Source: Macrostomum lignano (lineage: Eukaryota). Taken from it: 64,000 nt of DNA. The notes below the pieces were generated by a model. It worked only from the letters and a program-made list of their open reading frames with translations, had not been told where the DNA came from and searched no databases. The translations under genes were made by a program, and so were the position numbers. Shown here in pieces: positions 1 through 11,000 of this stretch. The stretch is from positions 1-64,000 of the forward strand of contig NIVC01001489.1 in assembly GCA_002269645.1 (NCBI GenBank). Direction: 5' to 3'. The number at the start of each line of letters is the position of its first letter. Position 1 is the first letter of the stretch.

Positions 1-1174
1 TATGGCCTGTTGGCTCATAAATAATTTCGAATATTTTTAGACACTCCGCATGGATTTGGGTCTTAGCTGGTGGCAAACCCAAGGCCATGAAGGGCGCTTA
101 TCCATTTTTCGTTTCATAGGGAACATTCCACTGGTACATACAAAGGAAGCAGTGAAGATTACACTGGATATTGTCTAATTTTACTTAGACCTGTGCATGT
201 ATATTAAAGGACACATTGTCCGATTGGATGGTCGGTTTCTTTTCAAAGCTTTGTCACCTCTCTGTAGCGATTCTTAACGTAGCAAGTGTATGCAGAGTTG
301 AAGAAAATTGCACCCTCGTGCTGATTTTTTCGCGCGAACTCGATCACCTGAAGTCCAAACAGGAAGATAAGGCTTTTTTACTAATTTTTGACCTTCTCTT
401 GTTTGCTTTCGTTTCCAATTTCATCTCATGCGACTTTTCGGAATTAAGGAATTTGACATTGTACAGGTTTAAAAAGTGTATGCATGTGAAAATTTTTACG
501 TCATGTCTTGGTTGTCGCTTTCATGTACTAATTCAAAGTATACATGTATAGCTCGTATTTGAAAGATATTTAAACAGATGACCTTCGAGATGAGCCAGGG
601 TTCATCAACTCAAGGACGTCCTTGCATGATCCATGATGAACGAATGTTTTCCTGGATAGGAAAGCTTTTCTCCTGAAAGTCGTGTGCTTGACTCCTGGTG
701 TAATTCTGTATGTCAGTATGTACAGTGTGTTAGTCAGTCAAGGACAACTCAAGTAGGACGAGAAACCACGTTTCTTGGAAAATTTTAGGAGGCAGGTTTT
801 TACCGAAAAAATACATTACGGAGATAGAAGGTTTTCATTTTTTCAGCACAAACAAGCTATTGCTTTTGATAGGATTGAGGCAGACCAAATGTTGATTTTT
901 TGATGTTTTGCCTTTCTTATAGCTCTATTCATAATCATAAAGTTTTTCGATCGTTTATAAAAGTAGGATTCTGTGTAATTTCGCTTAGCTCCCTCGTTTC
1001 AGTGTGTTATTATATGATAAAATCTATTCATTAAACCAATGAATCAAGTTGTGCCAATTTTATGATTTCGTACATCATATTTCGATAGGACGTACATCAT
1101 AGGATATAAAACTGACATAGAATCCAAGCTAGAATAGAATAGAATCCGTACAAGAAAGTCAATAAAGTCATCAT

Positions 1175-1370
1175 CAGGGGCGTCGCCAAACGGGAGTGAA
1201 CAGGGGGGGGGGCATGTCCCCAGTAAAAGCTATGGGGGGACATGACAGTGCTTTGTTTCCCGCCACCACCAAACCAAATATGACCAGTTGTGGAAATCAA
1301 TAATTTTGCTTCGGGCGCCAAAACATGCCCAGCGCCTGCTGTGGCACCAAAAAATGAGCCAAGTGCTGCC
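1175..1370 (+). mobile_element. Left-end fragment of MITE family A (CAGGGGCGTCGCCA terminus)
   Basis: CAGGGGCGTCGCCA at 1175-1188 is followed by ggggcatgtcccc...cagtaaaagctatgggggacatg...aatcaataattt, which is also present in the complete copy at 3264-3855. Confidence 0.7.
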
Positions 1371-1441
1371 TGCTGCTATCAGAAGATACGAGATACGTAA
1401 AAGATTGGGTCTGTCTCCTATCAAAAGCTATACATTTTTAG

Positions 1442-3164
1442 AAAATGTTTTTAGAAAAAAAGAAGACTTCGCTCAACCTGGCAGGCGACACGGCCGAAGA
1501 GCGCAGAAACGAGCTGCGCACCTCCTTCGCCGCCATTGTCAACGCGCCGCCGCCCGACTCTGCCGAACGAGATGCCGCTGCCCCCGAGGTGGCGCTGCCG
1601 CGGCAGGAGGACTTCGACACCCGTCCTGTGACCAGCACCGACGTCGTGGAATTCGCCCGCAGGGCTCCGGAGGCCGCGCCCCCGGCCCGGACGAGGTCCC
1701 CGTCGAGGCGCTGCGAATCACAAGGGTTGCCACTGAGGTGGCCGCGTGATGAACGGCGTCCTGGCGCGGAGGCCCCGCGCCCCGCGAGTGGACCAAGGCC
1801 AACATCGTCGGCATCCCGAAGAAGCCGGGCACTACACGGAAGGAGGAGCATCGTGGAATCTCGCTCATGTCCTGTACGCGAAGCTGTTCATCCGGGTGCT
1901 ATTAGCACGGTTACAGCCCGTGCTGGACTCGTTCCTGCGGTACGACCAGAACGGGTTCCGCCCCCGTCGCGGTACGGTGACGCAGATCCTGGCCTCCGCC
2001 GCATCATCGAGGAGGCGCGCATCCACCAGTCAAGCCTTATTGTCATCTTTGTTGACTTCCTCAAGGCCTTCGACTCGGTGGCGCGCGGCGCGCTGCCTCA
2101 CGTGCTCCGTGCCTACAACGTACCGCAGCAGCTGATCTCCGCCATCATGGCGCTGTATCAGGACACCACCGCCGCGGTAGCGACGCCAGACGGACCGTCG
2201 CGACCTGTTTAGCACGACGTCCGGAGTGCTACAGGGTGACACTCTGGCGCCCTTTCTCTTCGTGCTGCTGGTGAACGACATCAGAGGACGGCTTTCTGCT
2301 GCAAAGGTGCACCAGTAGACGGCACCGGAGAAGAAACTGTCTATCCTTGGCTACGCGGACGACCTCGCCCTGCTGTCTTCGACGGCCGAAGGCGCCCAAC
2401 GGCTGCTGGACGGCGCGGGTCGGGTCTCGTTATCAACGCCAGGAAGACCGAGGTGCTGACGGTGCCGCATGATCTACCCGCCGAGATTCGACTTCGAGAC
2501 GGCGACGGCCCGGACGGCGCTCCCGAAGTGCCTTCAGTTCGTCTACCTCGGCGGACTGGTGCGGACGTCGGTGACGACCTAACGAGGCGGCGCGGCAAGG
2601 CCTGGGCTGCCTTCCGATCTGTGCGCGGCGGTGCTGCTCTCCGAGGCCCTGTCCGACGGCGCCAGGTCCCAGCTGTTCCAGGCGGTTGTTGAGAGCGCCC
2701 TGCTGTACAATGCTGAGACCTGGACGCTTACCGGGGCGCTTGAGGCGCAGCTCGACGCGGCGGCATGCGGCCCTAGTCCGCGCCGCGCTTTTGGCGCCCG
2801 CCGCGGCCCTGGCAGCGAGACAACGAGTCCCTGTACAAGCGCACAGGCCTGACGCGGCCTTCTGCCTTGCTGAGTCAGCGGCGCCTGCGGCTTGCCGGAC
2901 ATGTCATCCGGGCCGAAGCCTACTGCCCAGAGCCGCTGCAGGACGTCGTGTTGTGGACCCCGCAGGGACCGCGCAGGCGTGGCCAGGGACGATCAGCCCG
3001 CTACGTCGACCGCCTTTTTGAAAACGCGCGAGCACCCAGCCAGGCGGCCGGTGTGAAGCACATTAGAGACCTAGCTCTGAAACGCGCGATTTGACGCTCC
3101 CCCCTCTTGGCCACTCCCGTGGCTGGCGTGGGGCGTAACTATTGTTATTATTATTATTATTATT
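1442..3164 (+). mobile_element. 5'-truncated non-LTR retrotransposon (RTE-like LINE), RT domain with frameshifts
   Basis: RT motifs run across frames: IPKKPG..HRGISLMS, QNGFRPRRGT..QIL.LRRIIEE, IFVDFLKAFDSV, GVLQGDTLAPFLF, GYADDLALL, LLYNAETWTLT, RRLRLAGHVIR. Stop at 3092-3094, then a (TTA)n tail. An 8-bp direct repeat ATTTTTAG at 1434-1441 and 3165-3172 fits a TSD. No endonuclease domain is present. Confidence 0.9.
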
Positions 3165-3263
3165 ATTTTTAGTGCTGAATAAATGAAGCCTTCCTATCTC
3201 CGTAAAGTATTTTTCGGTAAACCTGCACCTCCTAAAATTTTTCAAGAAACGTAGTTTCTCGTC

Positions 3264-3855
3264 CAGGCGCGTCGCCACCGGGGGGGACAGGGGGGACATG
3301 TTCCCCCCCCCCACAGTAAAAGCTATGGGGGGACATGCCATGCTTTGTCCCCCCCCCCAGCCGATCAGTTGCGACCCGTTGTGGTAATCAATAATTTTTC
3401 TTCAGGGCGCCAAAATATAGCGCCTTCGGCGCCAAAATGAGTGTCTGCGACGCTAAAATGAGTGCCTGCGACGCTAAAATGAGTGCCTGCGACGCCAAAA
3501 TGAGTGCCTTCGGCGCCAAAATGAGTGCCTGCAACGCTAAAATGAGGGCCTGTAACGCTAAAATGAGGGCCTGCGACGCTAAAATGAGTGTCTGCGGCGC
3601 TAAAATAAGTGTCTGCGACGCTAAAATGAGTGCCTGCGACGCTAAAATGAGTGCCTGCGACGCCAAAATGAGTGCCTTCGGCGCCAAAATGAGGGCCTGC
3701 GACGCTAAAATGAGTGTCTGCGGCGCTAAAATGAGTGCCTGCGGCGTTAAAAAAAGTGCCTGCGGCGCCAAAATTAGTGCCTGCGTCGCCAAAATGAGTA
3801 CATGTTGAATTCTTGGCTTTATCCCCCCACCATAAAATCCATGGCGACGCCCCTG
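3264..3855 (+). mobile_element. Complete MITE family A with an internal 21-bp tandem array
   Basis: TIRs are CAGGCGCGTCGCCA (3264-3277) and TGGCGACGCCCCTG (3842-3855), with one mismatch. CAG termini and a degenerate 8-bp flank (ttctcgtc / atcccgtc) suggest a hAT-type element. No ORF. Confidence 0.8.
3425..3800. repeat. 21-bp minisatellite (gcgacgctaaaatgagtgcct)n
   Basis: Direct tandem repetition. It explains the ACDAKMS and ILAPQAL ORFs. Confidence 0.95.
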
Positions 3856-5049
3856 ATCCCGTCCCTCTACTTGAGTAGGCCTATAGTCCTTGGAAATCTT
3901 GTGGTTTTTCTCGAATGGAATAAGCGAATTTATTTATTTCAGACGCCTAGTTTTTAGGTTACGATAGTATTCGAGTAGCTGTCATTTAAAAAGGGAACAT
4001 AATGCGCAGACGTACCGGCACTTTGGATCAAAGATGTACACGCACGTATTAAACAAAAATTATGATTTCTTAAACAAAAGTTTTACTCTCATTTTTTTAG
4101 CATGGGATTGCTCATATAGTAATTTGCTATTATTAACAAAGAATCATAAACAGACACTTCATATATATTAGAAGCCTTGAATTTCTAAACTGCGATAATT
4201 GCAATATTTCAATTTCAGATTAAGCGATCTTAAATTTGGCCCAAGCAGCAGGGAAAGCGAAAATTAAAAAAAAAATTATTCCTATGTTTTTTGCAAACTA
4301 GACGACATAATACTTGGACCATATAACAATGAATTGAATACTTTTAATTAAGTTTTGCTCTTACTAGAGGTCTGTTTTTGAATATAAAATGTTCCTACTG
4401 AATGTAATAATTTTTAATTATCTGTACATTAAAATATGTTTAATTTTGCTCATCTAATGTATTGTTTTTTTTCTACAAAATATTCTACTTATTACTATAT
4501 TGCACCCTATAAAATAATACCCTCTCTATTTTATAATTATTAGAATTATATCCCAAAAGGAAAATAAGCTCTAATCTTATAATACCATGCTTAGTAATGC
4601 TTTTACTTTAAATAACTAAGTATTATTCATTTTTTAAGTTGATATGCTTTTTAGTTTTTAAAAGTCTCTCCTTTCATTTAAAGAAACTCCAGTGTACAAA
4701 AGGTATTTATTTTTTTAAGATTTATAATATGTAAATTATATTTATTTCTCCTAGCTATCATAGTATAATATCTGACTTTATTGTCTAATTGTAATAGACA
4801 ATTGTGATTATAATTGTAAGGTTATTGTGATAACCTTAAGTTTTTAATAAGAGCAAATTGATCTGAATTTTAATTTTTATTGTTAAATTACTATAAAAGT
4901 TGAATTGGTATATGCTTTTATATTTAATCTTTATAGTAGTTATTTATGCCATAGCATTAATACTATAGCCTATAGGTCAATAGGAAATCAATTCTAAAGA
5001 CAAAATATCTTTTTTTCATAATTTTGATTGTAATTATGATCAAAACTAT

Positions 5050-5970
5050 CTATATTATATAATATCATTGATAGATTTCAGCTTTATCTAACTAAGCCTT
5101 CTTAGCATATATGCTTTGTATAGCCAATTGTATATAGCTAGGCCTAATGCAAATCTACCTCTGGTCTTGCAAAGTGACACCCTATCACTATTTCTATTTG
5201 TTATCCTGATTGACTATATCATGTAGCTGGCTCTGTGCAATAAAAACATCTTCAACTACCAACTCACCTCTGATAGCCTAAAGGCTGCCTTCTTCTGCTC
5301 GGCAGTTGAGATGGTGCTGACCTATAAGATAGAAGCTGTCCCTATGACTGCCACTCGTGAGGTGAGCTTAGAGGCTTGCCATCGTCACCTCCTGCGCAAT
5401 GCCATGGGCATCTAGTTCCCTGAGCATATGTGCAATGCTGAGCTAGTAGCCTGGACCTGCATGCTGCCCCTGGGTTGCACTTTGCAGAGGCAATGCCAGA
5501 TGTTGATCAGCCACTGCCTGTGGGCTAACACCCCTATTGCAGCCAAGGTCTGAACCGCGCCGGACGCCCCCCTTTCCTGCGCCAGACATCTACCCGTACC
5601 GCGCCAGGGCCAGTCCCCAGGATCAGTGATTTGGTTCAATTAGTCAGTCCTCCCCTCCCGCACCCCTCTCCCATGCCCCGCGCCACGCCGCCGCCACACG
5701 CCACGCCACGCGCGCGCCGCCGCGCCGCCGCGCCGCCGCTGCGCGCCGCGCCGCCGCCGCGCGCTGCGCCGCCGCCAGGCCAATCCGCGCCGGACGCCGT
5801 CCACGAAAATGGCCATTGGCTGCAATAGGGGCTAACACATGGGGCACCACTCTGGCTGACACTTTTTTCACTGACTTGCAGGCTCTGGGCCTTACCTCTC
5901 AGTCTGCAGCTAGGCTGGACTTAGCTGTTTTCTACCAATGGGTGCTTCGCTAACCTGCACTAGCATCCTT

Positions 5971-6002
<32 letters not shown>
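5050..6002 (+). mobile_element. Old, heavily mutated RTE-like LINE remnant
   Basis: 5166-5226 translates LQSDTLSLFLFVILIDYIM* (cf. LQGDTLAPFLFV). ~5285-5530 gives FCSAVEMVLTYKIEAVPMT...CHRHLLRNAMG..., matching the post-RT region of the 1442-3164 element. An (AAT)n tail lies at ~5973-6002. The 5' boundary is approximate. Confidence 0.7.
5532..5830. mobile_element. 299-bp GC-rich MITE (family B) with 8-bp TSD
   Basis: Perfect 15-bp TIR CCCTATTGCAGCCAA (5532-5546) / TTGGCTGCAATAGGG (5816-5830). Exact TSD GCTAACAC at 5524-5531 and 5831-5838. The subterminal motif ccgcgccggacgcc occurs twice. Confidence 0.9.
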
Positions 6003-6003
<1 letters not shown>

Positions 6004-6737
6004 TATAGCTAAGCTTAATGCACCTGAAGTAAACAATTTTCTAAAAGGTACTCTTAAAACAAAATGAATAATTTTTTATTATGTTAAGAAAGTGTTGTAA
6101 AGTGGATATGTTGTAGATTTTTTTATTATAATTCTAATTAGATAATAGCATAAAGGTTGTTTTTTATTAAAAAGTATTTAATAATGGTTTTATTTCTCGC
6201 TATTTCTGAGCTTTCATTTGTTTGTTAAAATGAGTAATAATCTACATCTGTTGACACCAACTGCTTATGTAAGTATTTTTACTATTCTATATCATCTGAT
6301 TTTTATGCAATGAGTATCACATAAAAATTAAGTTTTAAGCATTATCTATTGCTCTAATTTTTGTTATTATAAATTTTAAAGGATCACAACTACACTATTG
6401 GTAGCAGAAAACAAATTTTGTTGGTGAAAGAAGCAAAAAGCCAGTATTATAAAAATGCCTTTTTCAGAGCTTAAATTTAACCTTGCGACTTGAACTTGTC
6501 AAAATAACAACTCTGTTTTTGTACAAACAACTAAACTTTAATTTGTGTAGATTTGATCTAATTAAACACATTTATTTGAATTGTTTTGAATTGACAATAA
6601 ACATTGACATAGAGTTCAAAATAGCAATGCTTTAGACTTTTGCATGTAGAAGCAGCTCTAACACTAGCCTTTTAAGCTTATGGAATTCATTCATATCTAG
6701 TACCCTTAGTCTCTTAACTTTGCAACTGGTATTGTAG

Positions 6738-7708
6738 AAAGCAAAAGAAGAAGTTCAGCAATCCGCAACATTTGCTGCGTGGTGTCCTGAAGCATGGAGA
6801 GTTGCTGCCGAAACCCTGTGTTGTCAGAATCTGCTTTGTCAGTGCCGATGGTCAAGGTAATGCCCTGGTTTCCATTGCAGTTTGATAGATCGCTAATTCC
6901 CATCTAATCCCTTTGATATGCCGCTAATCCCCACCTAATCCCTTTGATTTGCTGCTAATCCCCACCTAATCCCTTTGATATGCCGCTAATCCCCATCTAA
7001 TCCCTTTGATTTGCTGCTAATCCCCATCTAATCCCTTTGATATGCCGCTAATCCCCACCTAATCCCTTTGATATGCCGCTAATCCCCATCTAATCCCTTT
7101 GATATCCCGCTAATCCCAATCCTTCCGATCCGTTTGATGTGCCGCTAATCCTCTACGATTCACATTGCAGTATGTTTATTTGAAAGCAATTGTCAATGGC
7201 TTATCCATTCTTGTACACACTGCCTCTCAGACTCGGAGTTCGTCAGCCAAATGATCGCCTCCTGCCAATCAGAGCTCGCCGAATATTGCCGTCGACGAAG
7301 CTTTGGTCCTCCTCTCAATTTGACCTTGATTGACCTCAGCTCTGGAGTCGGTTGTTCAGAACTGGACGATCACAGTCTGGCAAGTGTTCGCCGCGACGAA
7401 CTTCGTCGATGCCTTCGACAGTCGCGAGGCCCGGCAATTTGCTGGGCGACCGTCGGTGGACCTGGAAATGAAGAGGCTGAAGCGTTCAGAGCGCCGCCAG
7501 AGTCCGTGCCCCAGTCTGTGCTGGACCAGCTGGCCCGGGTTATGAATGCCGGAGATGAGGACCGCCTGAGGCGCTGGTACCAGCTGGATGAGAATGCGCA
7601 GCCTGCCCAGTATTGCCTGCTGCCCGTGAGTGAGATTAGGAGCTGTTATAATTAGCTGCCTACATCAACTAATTAGCTGCCTACATCAACTAATTAGCTA
7701 CCTACATC

Positions 7709-7740
<32 letters not shown>

Positions 7741-7751
7741 GACTAACTAAT

Positions 7752-7796
<45 letters not shown>

Positions 7797-7811
7797 GACT
7801 AACTAACTAAT

Positions 7812-7860
<49 letters not shown>

Positions 7861-7865
7861 GACTG

Positions 7866-7904
<39 letters not shown>

Positions 7905-7937
7905 GACTGACTGACTAACTAACTAACTGACTAACTG

Positions 7938-7972
<35 letters not shown>

Positions 7973-8001
7973 GACTGACTGACTGACTAACTAACTAACT
8001 G

Positions 8002-8036
<35 letters not shown>

Positions 8037-11000
8037 GACTGACTGACTGACTAACTAACTAACTGACTAACTAACTAACTAACTAACTAACTAGACTTAT
8101 TCTAACTGAACTTTAACTAACTGACTATTCCTCCCAGGTGAGCAGTCGCCACCCAGAATATCTCAGCGCTGACGTACGCGCAGCCGCCGCAGCCGCAGCT
8201 GCCTGGCGCTCCGAGGCGGCCGCCCTGCTGACTTCAATGCGAGCCGCCGCTGCCGCCATCGCCGGTCTGGGCGGCCTGCCAACCGCCTGGGCCACCGGGG
8301 CGGCCTTTGAAGACGCCGACAGGGATGCTCTGGAATCCTTTGACGACTCCGCCCTGCTCCGGTGCTCCACAGCCGAGGAGTTTCTGTTCTCGGCTCGCAG
8401 CCGCATCGAATTTGCCCAGCAGCAAGCGGTTCAGCCGGTAGTGCCGCCGCTGCTGATTGAAGCCGCTGCCGGTCATCTTCGGGTTCGTCGACGTCTGCTG
8501 CGGATGGCGGCAATCAGCTGCGAGGATGCCGATCAGGATGGCGCCGATTTTGACAAAGATTTTAGCTCCTGGCGCCAAGCGCGCCGCGCCGTGATGGAAT
8601 ATGCCGCGTCTGCTGGCGCCTCCACTGCGCCGCTGCTGGTTGTCGGTCCGCCTGGCGTCGGTAAATCGACGCTACTAGCTGACGCATCCACTCGGCTGAC
8701 CATGGTAGCGAAGGACTCGACGGTGGTGCTGTTTCGACTGGCTGGCAGCGACTCCGAGCTCGGCTGCTGCGGCGGCATCGTGAGGAGCCTCCTGAGGCAG
8801 CTGCGAGGCGTCTACGGCGATGAGGGCTTTGCGGGGGAGGACGAGTGAGTCACTCCCTGACTGGGATCCAACTGCCTTCATATATCCTGATCCCAAATCC
8901 CTGGGGTTCTGATCCCCAATCCTGGGATTCTGATCCTCAATCATGAGATTCTGATCCCCATCATGGGATTCTGATCCTCAATCATGAGATTCTGATCCCC
9001 ATCATGGGATTCTGATCCTCAATCATGGGATTCTGATCCCCAATCATGGGATTCTGATCCCCAATCATGGGATTCTGATCCCCAATCATGGGATTCCGAT
9101 CCCCAATCATGGGATTCTGATCCTCAATCATGGGATTCAGATCCTCAATCATGGGATTCTGGTCCTCAATCATGAGATTCTGATCCCAATCATGAGATTC
9201 TGGTCCCCAATCATGGGATTCTGATCCTCAATCATGGGATTCTGATCCCCATCATGGGATTCTGATCCTCAATCATGGGATTCTGATCCTCAATCATGGG
9301 ATTCTGATCCTCAATCATGGGATTCTGATCCCAAATCATGGGATTCTGATCCCCAATCATGGGATTCTGATCCTCAATCATGGGATTCTGATCCCCAATC
9401 ATGGGATTCTGATCCCCATCATGGGATTCTGATCCCCAATCATAGGATTTAATCCCCAATCTTGTGATTCTGATCCTCAATCATGTGATTCTGATCCTGA
9501 ATCATGGGATTCTGATCCCTAATAATTGGATTTAATCCCCAATCATGGAATTTCAATCCTCAATCGTGGGATCCTGATCCCCAATCATGGGATTATGATC
9601 CCTAATCATGGGATTCTGATTCACAATCATGATTTTAGTCCCCAATCATGGGATTTTAATCCTCAATCATGGGATTCTTTCTAATCCTCAATCATGAGAT
9701 TCTGATCCCCAATCATGAGATTCTGGTCCCCAATCATGGGATTTTAATCCTCAATCATGGGATTCTTATCCTCAATCATGGGATCCTGGTCATGAATCAT
9801 GGCATTCAATCCCCATTTTGAATTCTGATCCTCAATAATTAAATTCCAATCTCCAATCAGGATCGGCTCCCAATTTTCGAGGATTCAGATCCTAGGGTTT
9901 CTATCTCTTGTCCCAGGAGTAATTCAGACAAACTTGACCCCCCCCCCGCAGAATCAAAGAACTGTCGGACTCTCAGCTGTTCTCTCACCTTGCGGCCTGT
10001 CTGGGCCGCCTGAGCAGTCTACACCTGCTACCTCACGGCCACCGGCTGGGGATCTTTGTCGCCGGACTCGATCGTCTAGAAGGCTCTTTGTCCAGCCTAG
10101 CCTGGCTGCCCGCGCAGCTGCCGTCGAATGTTCGAATCGTTTCGAGCTGCTCAGCTGAAACCGCATCGGACTGGGGCTGCAGCTGCCAGTCGGTTCTGCG
10201 CCTGACCGATCCGACTTCGAAATTGGAGATCGAGAGGACGGCCGTTCGACTTCTGGCGTCGGGATGGCGCGGGCGCCGGCTGCGAGCTGGGCAGCTTGCC
10301 GTGGCTCTGAGTAGCGTCCTTGGCAACGAGGTCGAGTCCTCTTGCAGATGCGGAGTGGCTCTGAGACTGCGGCTGGCGATGGCTGGGGCGTCGGCCTGGC
10401 GCTCGGATTTCAAAGTCGGACGAAGCGAGCTGGAAGACGGGAGCTGTCCGGTTCGCCGGCTGATGGAGCGGGCGTTGGAGAGGCTGGAGAGGCGGTTCGG
10501 CAGCCGGCCTGTTGGCGAGGCGCTGGCGGCCGTCACCTACTTGACGGAGGTGGGTGCCTGGAGTTCATTTTTGAGCAGTTTTGCATTAAAAATTGTTAAG
10601 AGTTTCTTTGTTGTGGAAGTCTTTGTGTGCACGAAAAATTTGCTGGGGAGGTTGTCGTGAGCTTCACACACATGAGGGCCAGTCCCCCAAGGGGATCGCC
10701 ATCATAAACCCAAAAAATTACAACTCCGAAAGCACTTCCCATCATAAACCCGAAATATCACAAACCCGAAATATCACAAACCCGAAATATCACAAACCCG
10801 AAATATCACAAACCCGAAATATCACAAACCCGAAATATCACAAACCCGAAATATTGTATCACAAACCCGAAATATCACAAACCCGAAATATCACAAACCC
10901 GAAATATCACAAACCCGAACTATCATAAACCCGAAATATCACAAACCCGAAATATTGTATCACAACCCGAAATATTGTATCACAAACCCGAACTATCACA

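Larger units (their letters stand above)
739..3892. mobile_element. Long-TIR foldback/MITE element (family F), interrupted by nested insertions
   Basis: The left arm 739-960 (caaggacaactcaagtaggacgagaaacc...ggagatagaagg...cttttgatagg) recurs as its reverse complement in three pieces: ~1385-1441, 3165-3263 and ~3867-3892 (ctacttgagtag...gtccttg). A less interrupted copy lies at 50023-50572. Confidence 0.7.

Noticed and set aside
41-179. Possible terminal exons of an upstream gene (…GNIPLVHTKEAVKITLDIV*)
   Set aside because: The segment is too short, has no recognisable homology, and the donor site is unconvincing.
7655-8125. Interstitial telomeric repeat
   Set aside because: The unit is CTAA/CTGA, not CCCTAA or CCTAA.
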